From Thermoplasmata archaeon (GTDB lineage Archaea > Thermoplasmatota > Thermoplasmata > Lutacidiplasmatales > UBA184), in assembly GCA_021806135.1 (NCBI GenBank), contig JAJZYB010000007.1:217-64216 (forward strand): a stretch of 64,000 bases of DNA, given 5' to 3'. Within the stretch, counting starts at the first letter, position 1. Every line of letters begins with the position of its first letter. Below are positions 1 to 11,936 of the stretch, piece by piece. Made by a program: the position numbers and the translations under genes. A model generated the notes under the pieces. That model worked only from the letters and a program-made list of their open reading frames with translations. It was not told the origin of the DNA and did not search any database.

Positions 1-152
1 TCCGTCATACAGGATCTGCGTATTGCGTTGCCCCCCGTCCCGGGCCTGCCCCCGGGACGGCGCCCGGCCCTCCGTTGGGGCCTGGCCCTCGGCCAACCTT
101 TCTCTGCCCGGGGCCAATGCCTCCCCCTGATGACCGAGCGGCAGGGGACCCG

Positions 153-2711
153 ATGACGGACCCTGCCCCGGGGGGTTCCGGCAGTTCGCCACCCCCCAAG
201 CCACGAGACGGGCCCGGGGGGGCCGTGGCGGAGCGCTGGCGCTCCCTCTCCTATCCCGAGGCCCTCGCCGCCCTCACGGTGGACCCGGCCCGGGGCCTCT
301 CGGCCGCCGAGGTATCGCGACGCCGGGGGAGCGCGGGCCTCAACGAGGTGGCCGACCGCCCCACCCCCGCCATCCTCCGCCTGCTGAGACAGTTCTGGGG
401 GCCCACGGCCTGGATGCTGGAGGTCACCGCGCTCTTCGCCGGCGCCCTCGGGAACGCGGTGGATGCCGTGGTGATCGCCCTCCTCCTCGTCTTCAACGTC
501 GTCTTGGGATTCACCCAGGATTGGCGGGCGGGCCGCGCCCTCTCCCTCCTGCGGCAACGCCTCGAGGTCCGCGCGAGGGTATTGAGGGACGGGTCGTGGA
601 CGGCGGTCCCCGCCCGGGAGCTCGTCCCCGGCGATCTCTTGAGGCTCCGGGCCGGGGACATGACCCCGGCCGACGTGAAGCTCGGCGTCGGGGAGATGGA
701 GACCGACGAGTCCGCCCTCACCGGCGAATCCGCCCCGGTCGACAAGAGCCCGGGCGCGCTCCTCCTCTCCGGCTCCGTGGTCCGCCGCGGGGAGGGGACC
801 GGGGTGGTCATCCTCACGGGGGCCTCCACCCTCTTCGGCCGGACGGTCTCCCTCGTCCGGAGCGCCCACCCGAAGTTCCACGTCACCGAGGTGACGAACC
901 ACCTGGTCCGCTGGCTCCTGCTCATCGTCGGGGCCTTCCTCTCGGTGGGGTTCGCCGTGGCCGCGCTGGAGCACCTGGCCCTCCTCCCCCTCCTCCCGTT
1001 GATGCTGGTCCTGCTCATCTCCGCGATCCCGGTGGCGCTCCCGGCGATGTTCACCGTCTCCACGGCCCTGGGCTCCCTGGAGCTCGTCCACCGGGGCGTG
1101 CTGGTGACGCGGCTGAACGCCAGCGAGGACGCCTCCAGCATGGACCTCCTGCTCACCGACAAGACCGGCACCCTCACCCAGAACCGCGCGGAGATCGCGG
1201 AGACCCTGCCCGGCCCCGGCCTCACCCGGGAGGACGTGATCCGATGGGGAGCGGTGGCCTCCCAGGAGGCGGACGAGGACCCCATCGACCTGGCCTTCCT
1301 GGAGGAGGGCCGGAAGATCCCCGGGCCTCCCCTACCCCAGGCGGACCGGTTCGTCCCCTTCGACCCGTCCACCCGCCGCACCGAGGCCATCCTGGGGGCG
1401 GGGCCCCAGCGTGTCCAGATCGCCAAAGGCTCGCCCGGGACCCTGGCCCAACTGGCGGCCCTTCCCGGGCCGGAGCGCTCGGCCCTGGAGGAGCGGGTGA
1501 AGGCCCTGGCGGATCGGGGGCTCCGCTCCCTCGCCGTGGCCCGGCGGACCGGCGAGGGGCCCTGGCAGCTGCTCGGGCTGGTGGGGATCCAGGACCCCCC
1601 CCGGCCGGATGCCCGGGCGCTCATCGCGGAGCTGCGGGAGCAGGGGGTGGGGGTCAAGATGCTCACCGGGGACTCCCAGGCGGTGGCCCAGCACGTGGCC
1701 CGGGAGGTGGGGCTGGGCTCCCGGATCCTGGACGGGGAGGATTTCCGGCAGGCGGTCCCGGCCGGTCTGGCCGGGGCCGGCCGACGGGCCGAGGAGGCCG
1801 ACGGGTTCTCCCGGGTCTTTCCGGAGGACAAGTTCACCATCGTGAAGGCGCTCCAGTCCCGCGGCCATCTCGTGGGAATGACCGGGGACGGGGTCAACGA
1901 CGCCCCCGCCCTCGCCCAGGCGGAGGTGGGGATCGCCGTGAGCAGCGCCACCGACGTGGCCAAGGCCTCGGCCAGCGCGGTCCTCACCGCTCCCGGTCTC
2001 GAACCGATGGTACGGATGGTCCAGGTGGGCCGGGAGATCCACCAGCGGGTGGTCACCTGGGTCTTAAGCAAGATCGTGAAGACGTTCCAGATCGCGGTGT
2101 TCGTGGTGGTCGCCTTCCTCCTCCTCGGCCAGTTCGTGGTCAACACGTTCGACGTGGTCCTCCTGCTCCTCACCGTGGACTTCGTCACCCTGGCCCTCGC
2201 CACGGACAGCGTCCGCGGATCGAAGGCCCCCGCCACCTGGGAGATGCCGCCGTTGCTCCGCACGGGGGTGGTGGTCGGGACCCTGGCCCTCGGGGAGTCC
2301 CTCTTCCTGCTCGCCCTGCTGCGCTCCCTGGCCCCCGGGGTGATGGCCTCCCCCACCCTGCTCAACACGGTGGGGTTCGAGATCCTGTTCTACTTCGGGC
2401 TCTTCACCGTGCTCTCGGTCCGCAGCGAAGGCCACTTCTGGGCCCGCCGGCCGGGGCGGGACCTCCTGGTGGCCTGCGGCATCGACCTGGGGGTGCTCAC
2501 GGGGCTGGTGACCGTGGGGATCCCCTACCTCTCCGCCGTGCCGCTCCCGGTGACGCTCCTGGTGCTGGGCCTGGTGGCGGCCTTCGCCTTCGGGGTGAAC
2601 GACGCCGTGAAGACCCGCCTGCTCCGTTCTCGCCGCAGCGCCGGTACGACGCGCGGGGGAACCTACGGTCCTGCGGCCCCTCGTCGAGGGGAGCCCGTGG
2701 GGACCCCGTAG
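153..2711 (+). CDS. P-type ATPase, plasma-membrane proton-efflux (type IIIA)-like
   Basis: TGES, DKTGTLTQN phosphorylation motif, GDGVNDAPAL and IPVALPA in M4, with about 10 TM segments. In-frame ATG at 153 chosen over the track start at 75. Confidence 0.88.
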   Translation: MTDPAPGGSGSSPPPKPRDGPGGAVAERWRSLSYPEALAALTVDPARGLSAAEVSRRRGSAGLNEVADRPTPAILRLLRQFWGPTAWMLEVTALFAGALGNAVDAVVIALLLVFNVVLGFTQDWRAGRALSLLRQRLEVRARVLRDGSWTAVPARELVPGDLLRLRAGDMTPADVKLGVGEMETDESALTGESAPVDKSPGALLLSGSVVRRGEGTGVVILTGASTLFGRTVSLVRSAHPKFHVTEVTNHLVRWLLLIVGAFLSVGFAVAALEHLALLPLLPLMLVLLISAIPVALPAMFTVSTALGSLELVHRGVLVTRLNASEDASSMDLLLTDKTGTLTQNRAEIAETLPGPGLTREDVIRWGAVASQEADEDPIDLAFLEEGRKIPGPPLPQADRFVPFDPSTRRTEAILGAGPQRVQIAKGSPGTLAQLAALPGPERSALEERVKALADRGLRSLAVARRTGEGPWQLLGLVGIQDPPRPDARALIAELREQGVGVKMLTGDSQAVAQHVAREVGLGSRILDGEDFRQAVPAGLAGAGRRAEEADGFSRVFPEDKFTIVKALQSRGHLVGMTGDGVNDAPALAQAEVGIAVSSATDVAKASASAVLTAPGLEPMVRMVQVGREIHQRVVTWVLSKIVKTFQIAVFVVVAFLLLGQFVVNTFDVVLLLLTVDFVTLALATDSVRGSKAPATWEMPPLLRTGVVVGTLALGESLFLLALLRSLAPGVMASPTLLNTVGFEILFYFGLFTVLSVRSEGHFWARRPGRDLLVACGIDLGVLTGLVTVGIPYLSAVPLPVTLLVLGLVAAFAFGVNDAVKTRLLRSRRSAGTTRGGTYGPAAPRRGEPVGTP

Positions 2712-3892
2712 GGGAGCGAAGGGCCCGGGCGCTCTTCCCCGGAGTCCCGGACGCCGAACGAGGGGAGGAGCGCGCTGGGGTCCGGAAGCTCCGTGGGCGG
2801 CAGATACTGCTCGAGCGGGGCTCCCCGGATCCGGATCACCCGCCGGGCGACCTGGGCGCAGTAGCCGCAGTCCGAGCATCGGGTCCGGTCGCAGTCGGTG
2901 GCCAGGACCCGCTTGAGGAATCCCGGGGGGAACGCCCGGTTGTCCAGTTCCATCTCCCCCAGGGCCTCGAAGGCGGCGGAGAGCGGTCCCACCACCTCGG
3001 GCACGTCCCCCCGGACCCGGAGCCGCCGGAGGGCGCCCCGGGGGCCCCGGTTCTGCACGTAGCTCAGCACGTCCAGAAGGTTGCCCGGATAGCGGCGGGC
3101 GCTGTAGGCCCGCGCGGCCCGGAGGAGCCACTCCGTGGGGTGGTTCCTCCCGGAGATCTTGAACCGGTGGACCCCGAGCTCCTCCAGGGCGGAGAGGTCC
3201 TCGGGGCGGACGAAGATCCCCGAGACGAGCTTCACCGGGTCCTTCACCACCTCGAGGCCGCACTGGAGGAGGGGGTACTCGAACCAGGGCGCGTCGGTCC
3301 CCTCCTGGGAGGCGAGGGAGCTCGTGCTCAGGTGGTGGAACCGGAACGGACAATCGTGGATGCAGGTCTGGTTCACCAGCACCTCCACGCGGGCCCCCAG
3401 GTCCACGAGGCCGCGCAGCAGCCCCCGGTTCCGGTTCGCTTCCTCGAGCACGAGGGTGTCGGCGCCCCGCTGTAGGAAGTATTCCCCCTGGGCGACGGTG
3501 CGGATGCGGGCGAAGGTGGAGACGCTGAGCCGGAGGTCCGGGTACTCCCGGTGGATCCGGTCCAACAGGAGCGGAACGGCGACGACGAACCCATCGACCC
3601 CCCAGTCGACGAGCCGTCCGACCTCCCGGGAGAACTGATCGAGGAAGGATGGGCGGTACTCCTTCAGGCCGGTGTCGGCGCTGTTCACCGTGGCATAGAA
3701 CCGACGGCCGGAGGCGTGGACCTCGGCCAGGTGCCTCCGGAACCCTTCCTCCGTCACGTTGGGAAGGATGTTGGGGGGCCGTCCGCCCCCCACCAGGCTG
3801 GTGGGGAAGTTCCCGAAGAGGGATTCCACGGGGAGCCCACTCAACCCGGGGATGAGCTCAGGGTCGAAGTTGGAGGCGAGGACCAGCTCCAT
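2663..3892 (-). CDS. Peptidase U32 family protein (probable Fe-S hydroxylase)
   Basis: GVDGFVV, FKISGR (U32 KIxGR), EVLVNQTCIHDC...C and a C-terminal CxxxxCxxCxxC cluster. Confidence 0.85.
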   Translation of the reverse strand: MELVLASNFDPELIPGLSGLPVESLFGNFPTSLVGGGRPPNILPNVTEEGFRRHLAEVHASGRRFYATVNSADTGLKEYRPSFLDQFSREVGRLVDWGVDGFVVAVPLLLDRIHREYPDLRLSVSTFARIRTVAQGEYFLQRGADTLVLEEANRNRGLLRGLVDLGARVEVLVNQTCIHDCPFRFHHLSTSSLASQEGTDAPWFEYPLLQCGLEVVKDPVKLVSGIFVRPEDLSALEELGVHRFKISGRNHPTEWLLRAARAYSARRYPGNLLDVLSYVQNRGPRGALRRLRVRGDVPEVVGPLSAAFEALGEMELDNRAFPPGFLKRVLATDCDRTRCSDCGYCAQVARRVIRIRGAPLEQYLPPTELPDPSALLPSFGVRDSGEERPGPSLPYGVPTGSPRRGAAGP

Positions 3893-3978
3893 GTCTCCCC
3901 GAACCGTGCGGCCGCTTACGCTTTGGACCGCACCGGTAAGGGTCGGAATCCATCCGTCCGGAGGCCTCCCCTTAGCCC

Positions 3979-4452
3979 ATGGTAGACGGATCCCTCCCGC
4001 CGGCCGATCTGGAGAGCTTCCGACGAGCGCTGGAGCGTCTCGACCGGGAGATGCTCACCCTCTACTCCCGCCGGCGCCAACTGGTCCGCGACCTCTGGGA
4101 GCACAAGCGGGGCCGGGGGCTTCCCCTGCGGGACCGGGGGCAGGAGCAACGGGTCCTGGAACGTGCCCGCAAGGCCGCGGGGTCCGAAGGGATCCCCCCG
4201 GCGGAGGCGGAGGCGCTCATGCGTTGGCTCCTCCTGGCCTGCCGCCGCGCGGCCCGCTCCCCGCCCCGTTGGGTCGGCAAGGCCCGGGAAGGCCCGAGGG
4301 ACCGGGGATCCCTGTCGCGGGGGGGCCCTCTTTCCCGACGCGACCCTGTCCGGCTCATGGAAGGTTCATACGCACAATTTGCGTCCGATGGACATGCGGG
4401 ACCCGGGCCGGGGAGGAAGGTGGGAGCGAGGCCCCGTGGAACCGGCCCTTGA
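3979..4452 (+). CDS. Stand-alone chorismate mutase (AroQ type)
   Basis: LESFRRALERLDREMLTLYSRRRQLVRDLWEHK...RDRGQEQRVL matches the AroQ pattern (R..I..lD..l..Ll..R......K......D..RE). The C-terminal third looks like low-complexity read-through. Confidence 0.72.
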   Translation: MVDGSLPPADLESFRRALERLDREMLTLYSRRRQLVRDLWEHKRGRGLPLRDRGQEQRVLERARKAAGSEGIPPAEAEALMRWLLLACRRAARSPPRWVGKAREGPRDRGSLSRGGPLSRRDPVRLMEGSYAQFASDGHAGPGPGRKVGARPRGTGP

Positions 4453-5149
4453 GCCCCGGGAAGCTCTCGTTGGGGTCGCCCTGTCGGTGCCGCCTGTCAC
4501 CCACTGGCTGCGTCGCCTCACCGAGTGGCCTGGCCTGAGCTCGCGCCTGTTGGCCTGCCAACCGCTGCCGCCGTCTGGCACCCGGGCCGTCCATCTGCTC
4601 GAGCTCGCGGGCCCCGAGCAGGAGATCCGTGCCGCGGTCTCCTCTGTCGCTCATTCTCCGTCCCGCACCGTGGCGCTCTCGCCCGATGCCCGCGACCGGG
4701 TCCTGCTCCGGGTCGTCTCCCGGACCGGGAGTTCCTGTCGTGCCCTCTTCCGGTCCGGAGGGATCTGCCGGACCTGCCGGTTCCGGACCCCCCGGGGACC
4801 GGACGGCCGGGTCCGCTGGGAGATCCTGACCACCCGTCCTCCCCGCCCGCTCCCGGAGATGGAGCAGCGCGCCTGGTCACGGGGCGGAGCGGGGGCCCTC
4901 CGATCCCTGCGCAATCCGCCTCCCTATTCCCAACTGACTGGCCGGCAGGAGGAGGCCCTCCGCTGCGCGGACCGACTCGGGTACTTCTCGGTCCCCAGAC
5001 GGGTCGGCCTCGGAGCGGTGGCCGGGGCCTTGGGGATCAGCCGCTCCTCCGCCGCCGAACTGCTCCGTCGAGGGGTCGCCGTGATGATCCGGTCCCTGGA
5101 CGGCCCCCGGCTCTCGACCGCCCCGGCCCCTCCGGGAGCCCGGGGATAG
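4436..5149 (+). CDS. HTH-10 (bacterio-opsin activator-type C-terminal HTH) transcriptional regulator
   Basis: C-terminal LTGRQEEALRCADRLGYFSVPRRVGLGAVAGALGISRSSAAELLRRG and a central C...CxxC. The start is uncertain (ATG 4388 or GTG 4436). Confidence 0.75.
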   Translation: MEPALEPREALVGVALSVPPVTHWLRRLTEWPGLSSRLLACQPLPPSGTRAVHLLELAGPEQEIRAAVSSVAHSPSRTVALSPDARDRVLLRVVSRTGSSCRALFRSGGICRTCRFRTPRGPDGRVRWEILTTRPPRPLPEMEQRAWSRGGAGALRSLRNPPPYSQLTGRQEEALRCADRLGYFSVPRRVGLGAVAGALGISRSSAAELLRRGVAVMIRSLDGPRLSTAPAPPGARG

Positions 5150-5206
5150 GACACGCCGCCCGGGGGCCGGGGCGGGAGGGACCCGTCCCGGCCGGTGGGA
5201 ATTGGT

Positions 5207-5788
5207 TCAGGTCAGGAGCCCCCGGAGCACTCGGTTCCGCCAGCCGTCCCCGGAGAACCGCTCGCGCAGGTTCCAGGCCTTCGCCAGTCCGTACGCGTAA
5301 GGCGCGAAGGCCAGGAAGACGAACACGAGCGCCAGCATGAGGTCCCCGCCCAGATCGGTGTAACCGGCAGTGCTCCAAGACGCCCCGATGGCGCTGGGGT
5401 AACCGCCGAAGCCCCCGAAGGCCCAGATGAACCCCATCACGAGGGCGCTCCAGATCGCCGCGGGCCGCTGGAAGAGGCCCAGGATGAGGAAGAGCCCTCC
5501 GAAGGTCTCACCGAGCCCTATCAGGGTCCCGAAGAGGACCCAGTTCGTGGTGAGCCACGCCGGCGTATAGAACTCCCCGGCGACCACCCCCTGCATCTGC
5601 CCCGTGGCGAACAACACCCACTTGAGGGTCCCGTCGAAAAGGAAGATCGCCCCGAACACGATCCGCATCGCCGATAGGGTCCTTACCGGCCAGGCCGTGT
5701 CCGTCTCCGAGACCGATGGGACCCGAAAGACCGTCTTCGTCTCCGGGACAGCCTCTGCGGTCCTCACTCCGACATCCACTGTTGCCAT
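5207..5788 (-). CDS. DoxX/DoxD (TQO small subunit-like) membrane protein
   Basis: RIVFGAIFLFDGTLKW, GETFGGLFLILGLF, GYTDLG; four TM helices. Confidence 0.75.
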   Translation of the reverse strand: MATVDVGVRTAEAVPETKTVFRVPSVSETDTAWPVRTLSAMRIVFGAIFLFDGTLKWVLFATGQMQGVVAGEFYTPAWLTTNWVLFGTLIGLGETFGGLFLILGLFQRPAAIWSALVMGFIWAFGGFGGYPSAIGASWSTAGYTDLGGDLMLALVFVFLAFAPYAYGLAKAWNLRERFSGDGWRNRVLRGLLT

Positions 5789-5940
5789 GTTTCCTACCTT
5801 GGTCCCTCTGGACCCAGGCCGGAGATGGGGAGGATGCGCCTTGTGCGTACCCTCCGGACCGTAAGGAGAGTCCGGAGACGCTCGGGTGAGCCTCGCCCGA
5901 CCCTCATCAATCATTTAGTCCGGGAGGTCGTGGGGACCCT

Positions 5941-7062
5941 ATGGTCCGGGAGGGTGGCGGGGCGGAGGGCACCCAAGCAGACCGCGGCACCACCCGACGT
6001 GTGCAGCGGACGGGGAGTTCGTCCCTTGCCGTGACCCTGCCGAAGTCCTGGACCGAGGCCATGAACGTCCGGGCCGGGACCCCTCTGCGGTTCACCGACC
6101 TGGGGGGAGGCCGCTTAGAGATCGCCATCGGGTCCACGAACGTGGGGGGTCAGGAGCACCCCCAGCCCCTGCGGATCGAGGCCACCGACCTCCCTCCCCA
6201 GTTGCTCTCGCGTCTCCTCGTCGGGTCCTATGTGGTGGGACAAGACCACGTGCACATCACGGCCCGGGGAGGTCTCGGCGGGCCGCAGCGGCAGGAGATC
6301 CGTGCGCTGGCCGCGCGGATGCTGGGGATGAACATCGTGGGGGAGTCGCCCGAGGGGGTCGAGGTCCAGAACTTCGTGGATCCCACCCGTTACCCCTTGC
6401 CCCGTCTCCTCGACCAGATGCTGCGCCTTCTCGGGATGGAGCTCCGCTCGTGCCGGCAGATGCTGTCCACCCGCGATCGGGCGGCGCCGGCCGAGTTCCC
6501 GGGTCGGGAGGAGGAGATCGACCGGCTGTATCTCCTCATGGTCCGGCAGCTCCTCATCGCCTCCGATGACTTTCGCGTGGCCCGGGAGATCGGCGTGGAG
6601 AGCCATCATTACCAGATCGGCTACCGCGTGGTGGTGAAGATGCTGGAGGAGGTGGGAGACCTTCTGGCGTGGATCGGGCCGGAGCTCCAAGGCTCGCTCG
6701 ACCGCCTTCAGGACCTCCCCCAGGGCCCGCTGGGGAATATCGACAGCCAGTTCCAGAAGCTGGAGACGCGCCTCGAGGCCACCATGGAGGCATTCACCCG
6801 CCTTTCGGTGACCCAGGCCAACGCCACCCTCAACGCCATCGAGGAGGACCTCGCGGCTGACCCCGCGCTCCTCAAGTCCATCACCGGTCGGATCCGGGAC
6901 GTCCCCACCGCGAACTCTGTCCAACGGATCGGTTCGGGTCTCGCCCAGGCCCTGCAGATGCTGGCGGTGGTGAACGAGATCACCATCAACCGCGCGGTGG
7001 AGCCCGAGACCGTGGCCCGGTCACAGGGACGAGTGGTCCTCGACACGAGCCGGAAGGCCTGA
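5941..7062 (+). CDS. AbrB-domain / PhoU-family archaeal regulator
   Basis: RRVQRTGSSSLAVTLPKSW N-terminus, EEEIDRLYLLMVRQL, LEEVGD. Confidence 0.85.
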   Translation: MVREGGGAEGTQADRGTTRRVQRTGSSSLAVTLPKSWTEAMNVRAGTPLRFTDLGGGRLEIAIGSTNVGGQEHPQPLRIEATDLPPQLLSRLLVGSYVVGQDHVHITARGGLGGPQRQEIRALAARMLGMNIVGESPEGVEVQNFVDPTRYPLPRLLDQMLRLLGMELRSCRQMLSTRDRAAPAEFPGREEEIDRLYLLMVRQLLIASDDFRVAREIGVESHHYQIGYRVVVKMLEEVGDLLAWIGPELQGSLDRLQDLPQGPLGNIDSQFQKLETRLEATMEAFTRLSVTQANATLNAIEEDLAADPALLKSITGRIRDVPTANSVQRIGSGLAQALQMLAVVNEITINRAVEPETVARSQGRVVLDTSRKA

Positions 7063-7345
7063 GAGGGCGTCCCCGGGCGGAGAGGGGATCCTGCGACCGC
7101 TGGGCATACCGCCCCTCTTGTTCCCGGCTGACCGGTCCGCAAGAGGAGGCGTTCCGCTGTGCGGACCGGCTCGGACATTTTCCGGTCCCCGACAGGCTAG
7201 CGTCCGATCGGTGTTCGGTGCCCCGGGGATTGGCCTCTTCTGCGTCGTCGAACCGCTCGGTCGGGAGGGCGGCGTGATGCTCCAGGTCACGCATAAGCCC
7301 GGCCTTTCCGGCGCCCCGACGTCCCGCAGGGTTCTCTGGAATGGG
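7063..7345 (+). pseudogene. Frameshifted remnant of the 3' end of the HTH-10 gene at 4436-5149
   Basis: Aligns codon by codon with about 4870-5149 (SRLTGPQEEAFRCADRLGHFPVP vs SQLTGRQEEALRCADRLGYFSVP), with two 1-nt indels. Confidence 0.75.
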
Positions 7346-7620
7346 CGGGCCATCGCTCCGGGCCCTTCCTGCCCGCCGGTCAGGTCCACCATGAGGAAAC
7401 TTCGCATGGGTCCGAGGGTCGGTCCGTTCAAGGGGTCGGGGTACGCCCCCGACCGGTGGTCACTGCCCCGGCCCTCTCGGCCACGGACGCCTGCGCTTGG
7501 CAGGCGCTCCCGGCCGGGAGCCACGTTCAGGGCGGTTGACTTGGGAGCCAAATACCCGGTCGCGGCGTTCGCCGGTCGCGGAGGCTCACCGAGCCCCGTG
7601 AAGCAAAGGGGGAAACAACG

Positions 7621-8262
7621 ATGACGTTCATCGACAACCTGGGCATCGAGCTCGACGTGCTCATCCTCGTGACCGTGGCCGTCTTCTATACGGGGATCTG
7701 GGTCTGGTGGGGCCTCCGCAAGCAGGACCCCAAGGAAGCGAATGCCAGCCTGCGGGGAGGCGGGGCCGTCCTGGGGCTCCTCGGGGGGTTCCTTCTGCTC
7801 CTGGGGCTCTGGGGGGAGTTCACCTGGCCGCTCCCCGCCTCCTACAACATGCTCTTCTACGATCCCACGGTCCTCGCCGGGATCATCCTGGTGGGGTTCG
7901 CCGTATCCCTCTGGTTCAAGATCCCCTCCCACCTGATCGGGATCATCGCCTTCGTCTCTGGCTGGGGCGTCATCTACTACGGCGCCCGGGCCTATCTTCT
8001 GGGCCTCACCAACGAGCCGTTGGACACGTTCGCCATGTACTTGGCCTTCGGAGCCCTGGCGGTGCTCTCCATGCCCGTCACGCTCTTCGTGGACTGGTAT
8101 GTGACCCGGTCCCAGACGCTGGGAGCCTCTGCCGCTCCCTCCTACCCGAAGATGTGGAACTATGTCCTGGGTCTCTTCCTCCTGTTCGCCGTCCTCGCGG
8201 GGGCCGCGTCCATCTTGATGGGGTTCAACACGGTCTGGAGCCATCTGGCCAAAGCTCCTTAA
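7621..8262 (+). CDS. DUF981 family membrane protein
   Basis: MTFIDNL start and GLWGEFTWPLPASYNMLFYDP signature; six TM helices. Confidence 0.85.
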   Translation: MTFIDNLGIELDVLILVTVAVFYTGIWVWWGLRKQDPKEANASLRGGGAVLGLLGGFLLLLGLWGEFTWPLPASYNMLFYDPTVLAGIILVGFAVSLWFKIPSHLIGIIAFVSGWGVIYYGARAYLLGLTNEPLDTFAMYLAFGALAVLSMPVTLFVDWYVTRSQTLGASAAPSYPKMWNYVLGLFLLFAVLAGAASILMGFNTVWSHLAKAP

Positions 8263-8398
8263 CGGTGGGCCCGCCGGGGACCTCTCCCCGGACCCCGGGG
8301 TGGTCGCCGGGGACCGCTGTGCGCCCGTCCCTGGGCGAGACGGCGGCCCCCGGCCCCGGGAGGCAAAGGATAAGCGCGGTGGGACACCGGCCCGGGGC

Positions 8399-9280
8399 AT
8401 GGTCCCACTCTCGCTGGAACAGGCGGACCAAGCCCACCGGAACCTGGTGGAGGCCACCTGGGAGTTCATCCGCCGGTTCCCTCGCGCCCATCGCGAAGCG
8501 TGGCCAGAGGCCACCGCTTTCCGCTCCGGCGTCCCTGTTCCCGACGCGAACCAGTTGATCCTGCCGGCTCCCCCCGGTGACGTAAAGGCCCTGGTCGGGC
8601 GGGCCCGAAGGTTCTTCCCTTCGGGTTACCCGTTCGAGATCCTCTCCCCAGCGCCGGGGGAGAGGGACCCGTTCGCCGGGTTCCCTTCGGCGGGGTCCGG
8701 TCCTGCCTTACGGCTGCCCGGGATGTGGATGGACCTCCCCCTGTCCTTTCCATCCCCTCCCGCCGGGCTCTCCGTCCGCACCGTGGCGGACCGAGAGGGT
8801 CTCTCAGACTTTCGGAGGGTGATGGGCTCCGTCTACCACATCCCTGCGGGGTTCCTGCGGATCGTCTTCCCGGGATCCGCGCTCCGGGGGGACGGGTCGG
8901 CCGCCCGGGTGCGCCTGATCCTGGGGTACGCCGGCCCACGGCCGGTCGCGGGCTCCGTCCTGGTGGCCACGGACGGGATCGCCGGGGTCTATTGGGTGGC
9001 CACGGACCTCCGTCAACGTCGCCGGGGCTACGGGGAGGCCGTCACTTGGGCGGCGCTCGCCGCGGGAGAGGAGCTCGGGGCCCGGGCGGGGTTCCTGCAG
9101 GCGAGCCCCCTCGGCCGCCCCGTGTACGAGCGCATGGGGTTCCGGACGGTGCTCGAGTACCAGCCCTGGCAGCCGCTCCGTCCGCGGCTCGACCGCATGA
9201 GGACGGGCCTGCGGTTGCTGGGGAGCGTCCTGGCCAGTTCGTTACGGCGAGCCCCGGTCCCATCTTCGACCGGCCCGTAA
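8399..9280 (+). CDS. GNAT family N-acetyltransferase
   Basis: GVYWVAT...RRRGYGEAVT (motif A) and LQASPLGRPVYERMGF. Confidence 0.8.
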   Translation: MVPLSLEQADQAHRNLVEATWEFIRRFPRAHREAWPEATAFRSGVPVPDANQLILPAPPGDVKALVGRARRFFPSGYPFEILSPAPGERDPFAGFPSAGSGPALRLPGMWMDLPLSFPSPPAGLSVRTVADREGLSDFRRVMGSVYHIPAGFLRIVFPGSALRGDGSAARVRLILGYAGPRPVAGSVLVATDGIAGVYWVATDLRQRRRGYGEAVTWAALAAGEELGARAGFLQASPLGRPVYERMGFRTVLEYQPWQPLRPRLDRMRTGLRLLGSVLASSLRRAPVPSSTGP

Positions 9281-9671
9281 CCGGTCCGTGGTCTCTTCGA
9301 GCTTCTTCCTCCGCTGGCCTCGCTTCCCCTCTGACCTGACGGGGTACGCTCTTGGGACGGCGAAGCACTTCTCCGGTTCGGTATTCCCTGCACACAGGCA
9401 CGAGCACTCAGGGGTGTATGCTGCAGGTACTGGGTAGGTGCCTGACTCTACAACGCTCTACTCGAGGAACCGCTCGCTCTCAGGAAGTTCGGGTGTCGTA
9501 GAACTCGAACGAGGCGGAGGCCCGGGTGGACGTGACCCGTCGGAAGGCCGGGCCGGGACGGAGGACCGAACGGGACGGGTTGGTTCTGGGACGCCCGCTG
9601 ACCGTCCGGAGGGTGTGGACGAAGCGGGGGCCTCGGTTCTGGGACATGGGGGTGGAGGAGCCCGGTGCGGC

Positions 9672-11936
<2,265 letters not shown>

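Noticed and set aside
2663-2711. 49-bp tail-to-tail overlap of the ATPase and U32 genes as an antisense control element
   Set aside because: Low-complexity C-terminal run-ons are common in GC-rich genomes; there is no further evidence.
251-3475. Long ORFs 251-2368 (-) and 521-3475 (+)
   Set aside because: Arg/Pro/Gly-rich shadow frames of the P-type ATPase and U32 genes, expected at this GC content.
9281-9670. Possible transposase remnant or ncRNA downstream of katG
   Set aside because: I could not identify terminal repeats or a recognisable protein or RNA motif.
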